Part shown: positions 29,239 through 43,293 of the stretch, piece by piece
Numbering within the stretch: the first letter of the stretch is position 1
Layout: every line of letters begins with the position of its first letter
Program-made: the position numbers and the translations under genes
Assembly (NCBI GenBank): GCA_951406725.2
Contig: OX597840.1
Location: forward strand, 23,870,001 to 23,934,000
DNA length: 64,000 nt
From: Octopus vulgaris
Taxonomy: Eukaryota
Direction of reading: 5' to 3'
The notes under the pieces: generated by a model
Seen by the model: the letters and a program-made list of their open reading frames with translations, nothing else
The model's database searches: none
What the model was told of the DNA's origin: nothing

Positions 29239-29445
29239 GAGGCGAAATGGCCCAGTAGTTAGGGCAGCGGACTCGCATTCGGAGAATCGCGGTTTCGATT
29301 CCCAGACCGGGCGTTGTGAGTGTTTATTGAGCGAAAACACCTAAAGCTCCACGATGCTCCAGCACAGGGTTGTGGCGACCCCTGTTGTACTGTTTCGCCC
29401 CAACTTTCTCTCACTCTTTCTTCCTGTTTCTTGTCCCCCGACTTC
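29239..29445 (+). mobile_element. tRNA-derived SINE family D (partial)
   Basis: TGGCCCAGTAGTTAGGGCAGCGGACTCG..GGTTTCGATTCCC A/B boxes. Copies at 38692-39060, 41810-42175 and ~46060-46180(-). Confidence 0.75.
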
Positions 29446-30364
29446 CAGCAGATGTAAATTATACGTTCTTCGTTGGTTCAAAACTTTTTGGGAATTTTTA
29501 GAAAACTCTTGCGAATCTGTAATTCATAGGATTGTGCAAAAACCAAAACAAAATTTTTGAAATTGCTGCGTGATTTAAGAGCTATTTAACTATTATTTTT
29601 AGCACATCCCATAACTACCTTATAATCTCCTTGTTTGTTTGTCAGACTGACGTGTTAACGTTTATTTGGCCAGCTAAAGGTTTATATCTCCAGTTTATCA
29701 GTATAAAAATGTAATAAAATTTTCATTATTTAATCTTTACTTTTCAAGTATATTCTATATCTCATATTATTTCTTTTTTATTTCAGAGTATCAGAGAGGA
29801 TATTTAGCATAAAAGAAGATTTTACATCGAACACATCATGAATATATATGATATATTCTTTGAGATGAAACTAAGATGCTACACAGAAGAAATATTACCC
29901 TGTTTATATAAATCGATTATAGTATTGTAAACGATTTTCTTTGGGAGTGTGATTATTAGCAGCATTTCTGTACTTTACTGCCTGGAATAGGTGCAAGAAA
30001 ACCAATCATGTATTCCAATTAAACCTGGATTGCAAAGGAATTGGCAGCCCCCTCAGATATTGACAATGATTAAAGTTGATGGAAATATATATTTCTTTAT
30101 TGCCCACTAGGGGGCTAAACATAGAGGGTACAAATAAGGACAGACAAAGCGATTAAGTCGATTATATCTACCCCAGTGTGAAACTGGTACTTTATTTATT
30201 GACCCTGAAAGGATGAAAGGCAAAGTCGACCTCGGTGGAATTTGAACTCAGAACAAAAAGACAGACGAAAGACCGCTAAGCATTTCAAGCAACAGAAATA
30301 ACTGGGGAATAGAATATAAAAAAAAAGAAAGACATTTGGACTTTGTGGTGAGAGGAGAAAAATA

Positions 30365-32230
30365 ATGGAAAATGAATTACGTGATAATGAGGTTAATTGT
30401 AATACACAGTCGTTAAGGATTGATTTTACTGAAGATGAAACAGAAGAAGAAGAGAAAACATCATTTCACTGTGATGTCTGCAACAAGTCCTTCTTTCTCA
30501 AAGATGAACAGACGATTCACAAATGTTTCCATGCAGGAGAGGATCTCTATCGCTGTGACATCTGTGGTAAATCATTCTCTGAAAAGGTTCGTTTGACCAC
30601 ACATAAACACATTCACACAGGTGTCGAGCCGTATCGCTGTAACACCTGTGGTAAATCATTCTCTAAGAATCACCACTTAACTACTCACAAATACATTCAT
30701 ACAGGAGAGAAACCTTATCAGTGTGATATCTGTGGTAAATCATACTTTAGAAATAGCGACCTAACCACTCACAAACGTATTCATACAGGAGAGAAACCAT
30801 TTCATTGTGATATCTGTGGTAAATCATTCTCTAAAAATAGTCAGTTAATTGAACACAAACGTATTCATACAGGAGAGAAACCATATCATTGTGATATCTG
30901 TGGTAAATCATTCTCTCAAAATCACCACTTAACCACTCACAAATACATTCACACAGGAGAGAAACCTTATCAGTGTGATATCTGTGGTAAATCATTCTCT
31001 CGAAATCATTACTTAACTACTCACAAATACATTCACACAGGAGAGAAACCTTATCAGTGTGATATCTGTGGTAAATCATTCTCTAGAAATAGCGACCTAA
31101 CCACTCACAAAAACATTCACACAGGAGAGAAACCATATCAGTGTGATATCTGTGGTAAATCATTCTCTCAACGTAGTCAGTTAATTAAACACAAACGTAT
31201 TCATACAGGAGAGAAACCTTATCATTGTGATATCTGTGGTAAATCATTCTCTCAAAATCACCACTTAACTACTCACAAATACCTTCACACAGGAGAGAAA
31301 CCTTATCACTGTGATATCTGTGGTAAATCATTCTCTCGAAATCATCATTTAATTACTCATAAGCGCATTCATACAGGTGAGAAACCCTATCCCTGTAATA
31401 TTTGCGGTAAATCTTTTTCTCAAAGTTACCACTTGAGTAAACACAAACGTATTCATACGGGAGAGAAACCATATCATTGTGATATCTGTGGTAAATCATT
31501 CCCTGGAAATAGTGAGCTAACCACTCACAAACGTATTCATACAGGAGAGAAACCATATCATTGTGATACCTGTGGAGAATCATTCTCTCAAAATAACCAC
31601 TTAACTACTCATAAATACATTCACACAGGAGAGAAACCTTATCACTGTGATATCTGTGGTAAATCATTCTCTCAAAATCACCACTTAACTGCTCACAAAT
31701 ACATTCACACAGGAGAGAAACCATATCAGTGTGATATCTGTGGTAAATCATTCTCTTTAAATCATCTCTTAGCTAAACACAAACGTATTCATACAGGAGA
31801 GAAACCTTATCATTGTGATATCTGTGGAGAATCATTCTCTCAAAATCAAAACTTAACTAAACACAAATACATTCACACAGGAGAGAAACCTTATCATTGT
31901 GATATCTGTGGTAAATCATTCTCTGAACGTAGTCAGTTAATTAAACACAAACGTATTCATACAGGAGAGAAACCTTATCATTGTGATATATGTGGTAAAT
32001 CATTCTCTCAGAATCACCACTTAACTACTCACAAATACATTCACACAGGAGAGAAGCCTTATCACTGTGATATCTGTGGTAAATCATTCTCTCAGAATCA
32101 CCACTTAACTAAACACAAATACATTCACACAGGAGAGAAACCTTATCAGTGTGATATCTGTGGTAAATCATTCTCTGAGAATCAAAACCTAACTAAACAC
32201 AAATACATTCACACAGGAGAGAAAACATAG
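30365..32230 (+). CDS. C2H2 poly-zinc-finger gene 2 (621 aa, 21 fingers, short acidic N-terminus)
   Basis: Single ORF with tandem TGEKP-linked fingers. No KRAB, SET or BTB domain recognisable. Confidence 0.92.
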   Translation: MENELRDNEVNCNTQSLRIDFTEDETEEEEKTSFHCDVCNKSFFLKDEQTIHKCFHAGEDLYRCDICGKSFSEKVRLTTHKHIHTGVEPYRCNTCGKSFSKNHHLTTHKYIHTGEKPYQCDICGKSYFRNSDLTTHKRIHTGEKPFHCDICGKSFSKNSQLIEHKRIHTGEKPYHCDICGKSFSQNHHLTTHKYIHTGEKPYQCDICGKSFSRNHYLTTHKYIHTGEKPYQCDICGKSFSRNSDLTTHKNIHTGEKPYQCDICGKSFSQRSQLIKHKRIHTGEKPYHCDICGKSFSQNHHLTTHKYLHTGEKPYHCDICGKSFSRNHHLITHKRIHTGEKPYPCNICGKSFSQSYHLSKHKRIHTGEKPYHCDICGKSFPGNSELTTHKRIHTGEKPYHCDTCGESFSQNNHLTTHKYIHTGEKPYHCDICGKSFSQNHHLTAHKYIHTGEKPYQCDICGKSFSLNHLLAKHKRIHTGEKPYHCDICGESFSQNQNLTKHKYIHTGEKPYHCDICGKSFSERSQLIKHKRIHTGEKPYHCDICGKSFSQNHHLTTHKYIHTGEKPYHCDICGKSFSQNHHLTKHKYIHTGEKPYQCDICGKSFSENQNLTKHKYIHTGEKT

Positions 32231-32891
<661 letters not shown>

Positions 32892-32927
32892 CACTGTGAT
32901 AAATCTATTACTCTCTCTCTCTCTCTT

Positions 32928-33457
32928 ATACTTGTTTCAGTCATTTGACTGTGGCCATGCTGGAGCACGTCCTTTAGTCGAGCAAATCGACCCCAGGACT
33001 TATTCTATGTAAGCCCAGTACTTATTCTATCGGTCTCTTTTGCCGAAATGCTAAGTGACAGACACATAAACACACCGGCATCGGTTGTCAAGCAATGCTA
33101 GGGGGACAAACACAGACACACAAACACATACATACATATATACGACGAGCTTCGTTCAGTTTCCGTCTACCAAATCCACTCACAAGGCTTTGGACGGAAA
33201 CTGAAAGAAGCCCGTCGTATATATGTATATATATATATATATATGCGTGTGTGTGTTTGTGTGTCTGTGTTTGTCTCCCTAGCATTACTTGACAACCGAT
33301 GCTGTTGTGTTTATGTCCCCGTCACTTAGCGGTTCGGCAAAAAGTGACCGATAGACTAAGTACTGGGCTTCCAAACAATAAGTCCCGGGGTCGATTTGCT
33401 CGACTAAAGGCAGTGCTCCAGCATGGCCACAGTCAAATGACTGAAACAAGTAAAAGA
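32928..33457. mobile_element. Inverted SINE pair downstream of ZNF2
   Basis: Paralogue of 18513-19040. Confidence 0.9.
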
Positions 33458-33958
33458 GTAAAGAGTATATATAAATATATACTCACACACACAACAGTCT
33501 TTCATGCAGTTTCCATCCATCAAATCCACTCACAAGGCTTTGGTCAACCTAGGGCTATAGAAGATCTTTGCCCAGGTTGCTGCTCTGTGGGATTGAACTG
33601 CAAACCTCTTGGTTGCAAAGCGAGCTTCGTAATGGCACAGCCCTGCCTCCACCTATGTTGTTTTGGAACAATGAAATGAAGTCAGGTGAGGCAGAACCAA
33701 CATCCACAGTCAATCATGGAACGCAAAGAGGTGGTGATTACAATTTCTGCTTGAACAGTATCAGCATAGATTGCTATAAGAGTAGAGAAGATACAATAGA
33801 GAGAGAGAGAGAGAGGGGCAACTACAGAGACATTGAAAGCTACTGAAAGAATTATATCACAACTGATAAGGAACAGTTCGCCAACATGAGTAGCAGTTAT
33901 ATATATATATGGGTGTACCTCCTCTGATATTCATATTTAATTTTGTTTGTACTTCATA

Positions 33959-34084
33959 ATCTCTGGAGAGGCCTTGGGATATTTTTGTAAGTGTCTCATT
34001 TATAACCACATATTAACCTATCACACATAGCTAATATGAGCATAATGAGGACCCATATCTGCATGGCTGAAACAGCTGTAAGAT
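33959..34084 (+). ncRNA. Degenerate type-I hammerhead motif (paralogue of 19542-19667)
   Basis: Same CTGGAGA...GAAACAGCTGTAAGAT architecture. Confidence 0.55.
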
Positions 34085-34295
34085 GTAGTTTATATTTATA
34101 TTTGTATTTATTTATATTCACTTATACATACTGTACTTATTGTATCATATTACTCATTGATGTGCATTGTTTTGTTCTATATTATTATGTTTGGCCTTTA
34201 TGTTCATATGTAGTGGTTTAATAAATTATGTGATTGGGAATTATCTGGTAGTTTATCATTGATTAAGATGTGTTTCTTCATTTTCTTATTTTGTG

Positions 34296-34329
<34 letters not shown>

Positions 34330-36377
34330 CTTTACTCTTTTACTTGTTTCAGCCATTTGACTGTGGCCATGCTGGAGCATCATCATCGTTTAACGTCTGC
34401 TTTCCATGCTAGCATGGGTTGGACGGTTCGACCGGCATCTGGTAAGCCATGGTGGCTGCACCAGGCTCCAGTCTGATCTGGCAGTGTTTCTACAGCTTGA
34501 TGCCCTTCCTAACGCCAACCACTCCATGAGTGTAGTGGGCGTTTTTTACGTGCCACCGGCACAGGGGCTAGAGCAGGCTGGCAAATGGCCACGATCGGTT
34601 GGTGCTTTTACGTGTCACCGACACGGACGCCAGTCGGGCGATGCTAGTAACTGCCACGCTAGAATGGTGCTTTTTATGTGCCACCGGCACAGGGGCCAGA
34701 GATGGCTGCCAAACGGCCACGATCAGTTGGTGCTTTTACGTGCCACCGGCACAGGAGCCAGGTCAGGCTGGCAAACGGCCACGATCGGTTGGTGCTTTTA
34801 CGTGTCACCGACACGGACGCCAGTCAGGCGATGCTAGTAACTGCCACGCTCGAATGGTGCTTTTTACGTGTCACTGGCACGGGTGTCTTAACTACAATTT
34901 CCGGAGAAAAAAAAAGGCAAGGAATTGGATGAATGCTTAATAGTATATTTATTGATCCTTTCGTAAAGAAAAAAGTATCTGTCTGTGAGCAACAGGAAAA
35001 CTTCCATATAATGCCTGGCAGAGGATGAAAATGAAGTAGGAAGGCTGAGGAGTAAAGGCTGGAAGTTCTTGTTTGTTGAAGATGAGAAATGGTAAGTTGA
35101 TTGACAACAAGAATAATAATATAAAGCAATTTTTTTATTCTCAGACAGAAAAGGTAAACGTAATTACATAAGTAATTCACATTAAAATCCAAAAAAAAAA
35201 AAAAGATAAAAATCTTGGTTGTTTTGATTTCAGTATTTTATGGTCAATCATCTGACAATAAGAGTCTGTAGAATGTATTCTCCTTATGACCACGACCTTT
35301 GGCATCAGGCCATGCAAGTGACCACGACCTTTGGCATCAGGCCATGCAAGTGACCAAGACCTTTGGCATTATGCTGTGTTTGAGAAGACCCATCAAGCCA
35401 AGCGAAATTGTAGTTGTGGCAGATACTAGTGTCACACAACTGGCACCTGTGCCAGTGCACATAAAAGCGCCCATTATACTCTCAGAGTGTTTGGTGTTAG
35501 GAAGAGCATCCAGCCATAGAAACCATGCCAAACTAGACAAGAGTCTGGTACAGCTTGCCAGCCCTGGTCAAACCGTCCAACCCATGCCAGCATGGACAAC
35601 AGACATTAAATGATGAGGATGATGATTGTGAAAAACAGAATAATGGATAACAATCCTTGTTGAAACAGTATACAGTCACCAGAAGTCCATCTTTTTTGGA
35701 AAATGTGCAGCACCGTGGGCAAGTGTCTTCCATCATAGTCTGGGCTAACCAATATTGTGTGAGTGAATTTGGTTGACAGAAACTGTATGGAAGCCATCAT
35801 GCATATGTGTGCTTGTTTGCCTATTGTTTGATAAACTGTGTTGGTTTGTTTAAGCACCTGTAACCTAGCAGTTTAACAAAAGAGACCAATAAAGAAATAT
35901 TATTGGATTTCCATCTTTGCATTGGTTAGACTTTTGACAGGGGCTGGCAAAGCTGGAGAGCTGCACCAGACTCCAGTCAGCTATTCTAGCAGGGTTTCTA
36001 CAGCTGGATGCTCTTCCTGATGCCAACCACTCTACCGAGTGCACTGGGTGTCTTTTACGTGCAATGAAATCGTTTTGTTGGAGTAAACCCTTTAGCATTC
36101 AGATTATTCTGTCAAATATAATATTTATTCATCATATTGTTTTAAGCGAATCATGTCATTATTTCGTAGCTTTAAGATTTTGATGATGTTATCACCTGTT
36201 TTTAGATTGACATTATAGGCTGATGTGAGATACCAAATGTGGGCAGTTTTAACAGAAAACAGGTAGATTATTTGGGCCGGATATGGCCGGTTTAAACACT
36301 AAAGGGTTAAGGCGGTGCTCCAGTATGACCGCAATTCAATGATCGAATCAAGTAAGAACATAAAAGATATTGCACTG

Positions 36378-36886
<509 letters not shown>

Positions 36887-37174
36887 TTATGAAGGGCATC
36901 CAGCTGTAGAAACACTGCCAGATCAGACTGGGCCTGGTGCAGCATTCTGGCTTCCCAGACCCCAGTTGAACCGTCCAACCCATGCTAGCATGGAAAGCGG
37001 AGCTAAATGATCATGATGAGGATGATGATATAGCCCAGGCGTGAACAAATAAATTATTTGTTAACATCTGTGCTACAAAAGGTGTTTGTATATTTTTGGG
37101 GGTCGTAATCATTCATAACATTCTGTAATTCCTGATGAGGAATTTCATTGAAGAGTTTTTCATCTCTGTCTTTG

Positions 37175-37745
37175 GAATGTTCCTCGTGCCATTCAGTGAC
37201 AACTTTAGCTGTGAGAATTGGTGCATTATCATCCTGAAAGCTTGTGTTTCCCTCCAGAAGCAGATCCACAACCATAGGATGAATTTGATCAGATAAAATG
37301 CTTAAATAGTCTTGACTATTAATTCTGCCATGAAGGGAAACCATGGGGCTGGCAGATATCCAAGATATAGCTCCCCAGATCATTACAGATCCTCCTCCAT
37401 GTTTAACAGTTGGAAGAAGGCAGTCTGGGTCAAATGCTTCTTTTGGCTCTCTTCACACGTATACTCGGCCGGTGGTCGGAAATAAGGTAAAGGATGACTC
37501 GTCCTAGAAAATAACATTCTTCCACTGCTCTTGGGATCATTTCTGTAGGTTTTTACTCCACTCTAAACGCTTTGCAACGTTTGTTTTTGAAAGTAGTGGT
37601 TTTCTGATTGCAGCCCTCCCTTGAAATCTGGCTTTGTGCAGCTCCCAGCAAAAAGTTTTTGTGGAAACTGGGTTCTTGAGGCGGTCATTAAGCCCTGCAG
37701 TATTTTGAGGGGCTGTACTTTTGTGATCCTTTCTAACAATTTGTT
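37175..37745 (-). mobile_element. Tc1-like transposase relic (copy 2)
   Basis: MIWGAISW...FQDDNAP. Confidence 0.85.
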
Positions 37746-38691
37746 GAATTAATTAATTGTCATTTAAACCCGAAGCTAAATAAAAATATTCAAGACTTTT
37801 GTTGAAGGAAGAGTTACTTCCCCTCGTCCATTAACCGTTCAGTCTTGCAAATTCCGTTTAGTTCCTGCTATAGTTTCATACAAATCTTTATTCCTTGATC
37901 AATTCCACTTTACAACTGATAATTATTAGGAGACCGGAATTAGATACGGATGATTTCATAACTAACGCTCAACTCAGAAAAATAGAAGGACTAAAAAAAA
38001 ATTACCTAAACAAAGTTATATAATTTCTTTCACTGTTTCGTTTTCCTTTTCACTGCCCATTCCAGGTTTTTTCTTTCCTACATTTTGCTATTAACCATTT
38101 CTTAATATCCTCACCATTTCCATCTATACCTATACAGACATTTTCATACATCGCGGATCCCCGTCGTTCGCCGATGAGGATTCAGGTGTAAGACCAACTG
38201 AATCCCCTGCTCCGCAATTCCCGTGAGTCTTCGAGGATTCCGCTGGAATCATACAAGAACCTCTGCGACCCGAAGCTGACCTCTTTGGAATTCCTGGGTT
38301 CAGCACTTTCCCCTCTGTCCGATTTCATTCAGGTCAACTGGACACTGCAGAAAGTATTATTTGTCCAAAGTGTCACGCAGTAGGACAGAACGAGGGACCT
38401 CATGGTTGTTAAGGGATCTTCTTGACCATTCGGCCGTACTCTGCCTACACACACACGAAGCACCTGCTGAAGATGACGTGAAACTTCCAAAGAAAGTTTT
38501 AACACTGGAAAACTTCAAGGTGCGTACGTCAAAGTTTATTTCTATAGCATATCTGTGCCTGTCTATCTCTGTCTGTCTATCTATCGGTACTACTTGAGCA
38601 GAGTGGTCCTGGTGCGCGCACTCGCGTACTCGTGCATCCGCGCTAGCTAGTCATGACTAGTCGATCCTTACTTTGTGTTTTTGTGTTTTAT

Positions 38692-39060
38692 TTAGTGGTT
38701 AGGGCAGCGGACTCGCGGTCATAGGATCGCGGTTTCGATTCCCAGACCGGGCGTTGCGAGTGTTTATTGAGCGAAAATACCTAAAAGCTCCACGAGGCTC
38801 CATCAGGGGATGGTGGTGATCCCTGCTGTACTCGTTCACCACAACTTTCTCTCACTCTTACTTCCTGTTTCTGTTGTACCTGTATTTCAAAGGGCCGGCC
38901 TTGTCACTCTCTGTGTCACGCTGAATATCCCCGAGAACTACGTTAAGGGTACACGTGTCTGCGGAGTGCTCAGCCACTTACACGTTAATTTCACGAGCAG
39001 GCTGTTCCGTTGATTCGGATCAACCGGAACCTTCGTCGTCGTAACCGACGGAGTGCATCC
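38692..39060 (+). mobile_element. Near full-length tRNA-derived SINE family D, specific to duplication unit B
   Basis: A/B boxes at 38692-38745. Replaces the right half of the MITE seen at 24497-24743. Confidence 0.85.
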
Positions 39061-39265
39061 ACTATCTGTCTGAAAAGGAAGTTGTTCCGCTTGAACGCAC
39101 ACAGAAACCTGCCAGTCTGGCCTTAGAAGATACAAAGAAGTAAAGACAACCCTTACTGCTATAAACATGGCCACCACCACCAACATTCATGTTGGAAGCT
39201 TTAAAGCTGAAGAAAAGAACCGTCCTTTTCGAAGGAAGAACTGCTTCTATCTGTCTATCCATCTA

Positions 39266-39297
<32 letters not shown>

Positions 39298-40112
39298 TCA
39301 TCTATCTTATCTGTCTGTCTATTTATCTATCTGCCTACCTACCGACCTATTTATCTACCTGTTTATCTAGCTATCTCTCTTTACTCTTTTACTTGTTTCA
39401 GTCATGTGACTGTGGCCATGCTGGAGCACCGCCTTTAGTCGATCAAATCGACCCCAGGACTTATTCTTTAAAATTCGTAGACTGGTAGAATGTGTTTATA
39501 AAACATCTTTTTCTCTTGGTTTTCTTGAGAAAATTCTGTAGCTTGTAAGCTATTTGTTGTTTAATTTCTTGCATTTCGGCAATTTCAACCAATCAATGAC
39601 GTCTATTGAGGTGATAACAATATCTGCCGTAGTTTATCAACAGCAATAATTGTAGCTTACAAACTACAGAATTTTCTCAAGAAACCCAAGAGAAAAAAGA
39701 TGTTTTATGTAACAAATTCTACCATTACACGAAGTTTAAAAGTGTTTAGTTACCTAGAAATTATGTTAAAAACTGCTGTTCAAACCGAAAAGATAGGAGG
39801 GAACAGACAAGGACAGACAAAGGGATTAAGTTGATTACATCGACCCCAGTGCATAACTGGTACTTAAGTTTAAAAGTGTTTAGTTACAAAGAAATTATTT
39901 TAAAAATCTGCCAGTCAAAACGAAAAGATCCAGGGAATCGAACTCACTAACTCGCGATTGATAGCCCGATGCGCTAACCACCGAGCCATGCGCCTTCCGC
40001 TTAGACAGTAACCATGGTGATAGTCAACAACAATATTACGTTCCCCCTTCCTTCTTAGTTTCGCTTTTGTGTCGGCAGCACTCTTTGTGGTTTCATATAT
40101 TAAAGAGTCTAA

Positions 40113-40220
40113 GTCACATGACGCACCTTACTTCCGGCTTGTCACGTTTCCTCAATTCTTTGGGAGACGAAATCGAAAGTAAATAAATATTTATTTATTT
40201 ATTAAGCATCAGGGGTAAGT
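40113..40220 (+). promoter_or_regulatory. Putative promoter and non-coding first exon of ZNF3; donor 40215, acceptor 42513
   Basis: GTCACATGAC, ACTTCCGG and GGG|GTAAGT; acceptor TTCTTTTTTATTTCAG|. Confidence 0.6.
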
Positions 40221-40576
40221 TATTATATATATATGTATATATATTGGAGAGGAATACGATCTGATTGAAGACGTTGTATAGCAAATACTGCGATTTATAG
40301 AAATGCCGTAGTTTGTTGTGTATTGATGTAGGCTGGGCAGGAATGGAGTGGCGGTCAATCGGAATAGCGGATAACGTTATCAGCCGGTTATTGTTATCAA
40401 AATTAATTGGTTCAGACTTTATATTTGTTTAACGTCATCTGTTAGGTGTTGGCCAATGCTGTACGGAAATGATCACAATAAGCGGCTTCCACTATATATA
40501 TGATTCTTGTGAAATTCCTTTGTAATCGCCAACTTTTGTGTGTGTGTATGTGCATATATATGTATATACATATATA

Positions 40577-40621
<45 letters not shown>

Positions 40622-41253
40622 GTTTTTACGAATGCACATATATATATATATAGACGTTTTTACTTAGTATTTTTCCATTTTTTTGTGGGGGGGGGACATA
40701 TATATATTCATTTTTTGTATATGCGTGTGTATGTATGCGTATATAAACATGTGCGGGTATGTACATATATGGGCGTGTGTGTGTGTATGAGTGCATAGGG
40801 GCCTGTCCGTATATGAACGTGGTTTTTATGCTTTGTATACTTCCTTATGTTTTTTTTTCTGTTACCTTTAACCATGGTTTTTCTTGTGTTTGTGCGTATA
40901 TAGACGTATGTATGAACTTTTACTGTACGCATGTGTGTGTGTATGAGGTTGTATATATATGCGTATATATTTGGCGAAAAATGCGAGTGAAGATGTGTAT
41001 GTTTCCATAGTGACGTATAAGTACGCACGTGGGTTTTCGCACGCAGAATTATAATACAGTAATTTCCCTTTATATAACGGTATTTTTTCATAGCGTTTTT
41101 TCAGATGGCCAGATAACCGAAGAGATGGTGTTGTGGATTTCCACTTCGGCATCTGAAACTATTGAGTAAATGTAACATATTATTTTATAGATAAATTTCC
41201 TCTATTTACATAATATTGAGGTCTCTTTCTTTCTTTTGTTATCTTACCGTTTT

Positions 41254-41290
<37 letters not shown>

Positions 41291-41356
41291 GGTCCCGGGT
41301 TGAGTCGGGGTTAACCACAGTAAATAAGGTACTCAATACATAGCAGAGTAAAGTAA

Positions 41357-41448
41357 TTTATTTTATAGAAGGAGCTTCTACAGGACTAGAACTGTTTCAT
41401 CTAAATGAAACAGTTCTAGTACTGTATATAATCCTTCTATAAAATAAA
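41357..41448. repeat. ~90-bp fold-back inverted repeat
   Basis: TTTATTTTATAGAAGGA...TACAG-G-ACTAGAACTGTTTCAT ctaa ATGAAACAGTTCTAGT-A-CTGTA...TCCTTCTATAAAATAAA. Confidence 0.85.
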
Positions 41449-43293
41449 ATAAAATATATACATATATATATATATATATATAAAGGTGGCGAGCTGGCAG
41501 CAACATTAGCACGACGGGCGAAATTCATGTGTCTTTACGTTATGAGTTCAAATTCCACTGAGGTCGACTTTGCCTTTTATCTTTCAGGGTCGATAAATTA
41601 AGTACCAGTTATGCACTGGGTTCGATGTAATTGACTTAATCCCTATGTCTGTCCTTGTTTGTCCCCTCTTTGTATATCCCCTTGTGGGCAATAAATATAT
41701 ATATATATATATATCATCATCATCATCATCAACCGTTTCAAAGTAAACATTAGTCCTTGCTCTTTTTAACACAATAACTTCTGGTATTTCATATACAGCA
41801 CATGTAAGTGGAGGCGCAATGGCCCAGGGCAGCGGACTCGCGGGTTCGATTCCCAGACCGGGCGTTGTGTGTGTTTATTGAGCGAAAAACCCTAAAGCTC
41901 CATGATGCTCCAGCAGAGGGTGGTGGCGACCCCTTTTGTACTCTTTCGCCCCAACTTTCTCTCTCTCTTTCTTCCTGTTTCTTGTCCCCCGACTTCCTAC
42001 GCAACCACCGAGCCTGGATGCGCATTCATCCATCCGTCGATGCTCTCCGTGTAGAGGGGGGGGGCTGACCTTCTTTCTCTTCTGCGGGTCTTACGAATAG
42101 CAAAGGACCACGTTTCTGACTTCTTCCATCTTGCGAGCTCTGGGACGAAGACCGCTTCGCTCAACAAACAAACAGCAGATGTAAATTATAAATTCTTTGT
42201 TGGTTCAAAACTTTTTGGGGATTTTGAGAAAACTCTTGCGAATCTGTAATTCATAGGATTGTGCAAAAAGCAAAACAAAATTTTTAAAATTGCTGCGTGA
42301 TTTAAGAGCTATTTAGCTATTAGTTTTAGCACATCCCATAACTACCTTATAATCTCCTTGTTTGTTTGTCAGACTGACGTGTTAACGTTTATTTGGCCAG
42401 CTAAAGGTTTATATCTCCAGTTTATCAGTATAAAAACATAATAAAATTTTCATTATTTAATCTTTACTTTTCAAGTATATTCTATATCTCATATTATTTC
42501 TTTTTTATTTCAGAGTATCAGAGAGGATATTTAGCATAAATGAAGATTTTACATCGAACACATCATGAATATATATGATATATTCTTTAAGATGAAACTA
42601 AGATGCTACACATAAGAAATATTACCATGTTTATATAAATCGATTATAGAATTGTAAAAGATTTTCTTTGGGTGTGTGATTATTAGCAGCATTTCTGTAC
42701 TTTACTGCCTGGAATGGGTGCAAGAAAACCAATCCTGTATTCTAATTAAACCTGGATTGCAAAGGAATTGGCAGCCCCCTCAGATGTTGACAATGATTAC
42801 AGTTGATGGAAATATATACTTCTTTATTGCCCACTAGGGGGCTAAACATAGAGGGGACAAACAAGGACAGACAAAGGGATTAAGTTGATTATATCTACCC
42901 CACAGTGAAACTGGTACTTTATTTATTGACCCCGAAAGGATGAAAGACAAAGTTGACCTCGGCGGAATTTGAACTCAGAACGTAACGACAGACGAAATAC
43001 CTATTTCTATTTCTTTACTACCCACAAGGGACTAAACATAGAGGGGACAAATAAGGACAGACAAAGGGATTAAGTCGATTATATCTACCCTAGTGTGAAA
43101 CTGGTACTTTATTTATTGACCCAGAGAGGATGAAAGGCAAAGTCGATCTCAGTGGAATTTGAACTCAGAACAAAAAGACAGACGAAATACCGCTAAGCAT
43201 TTAAAGCAACAGAAATAACTGGGGAATAGAATATAAAAGAAAAGAAATAAAAAAAGAAAAACATTTGGACTTTGTGGTGAGAGGAGAAAAATA

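Noticed and set aside
29239-29310. tRNA genes (also 38692, 41810 and the 25670-25740 minus-strand head)
   Set aside because: A and B boxes lack a complete cloverleaf and mostly run into repeat bodies; these are SINE heads.
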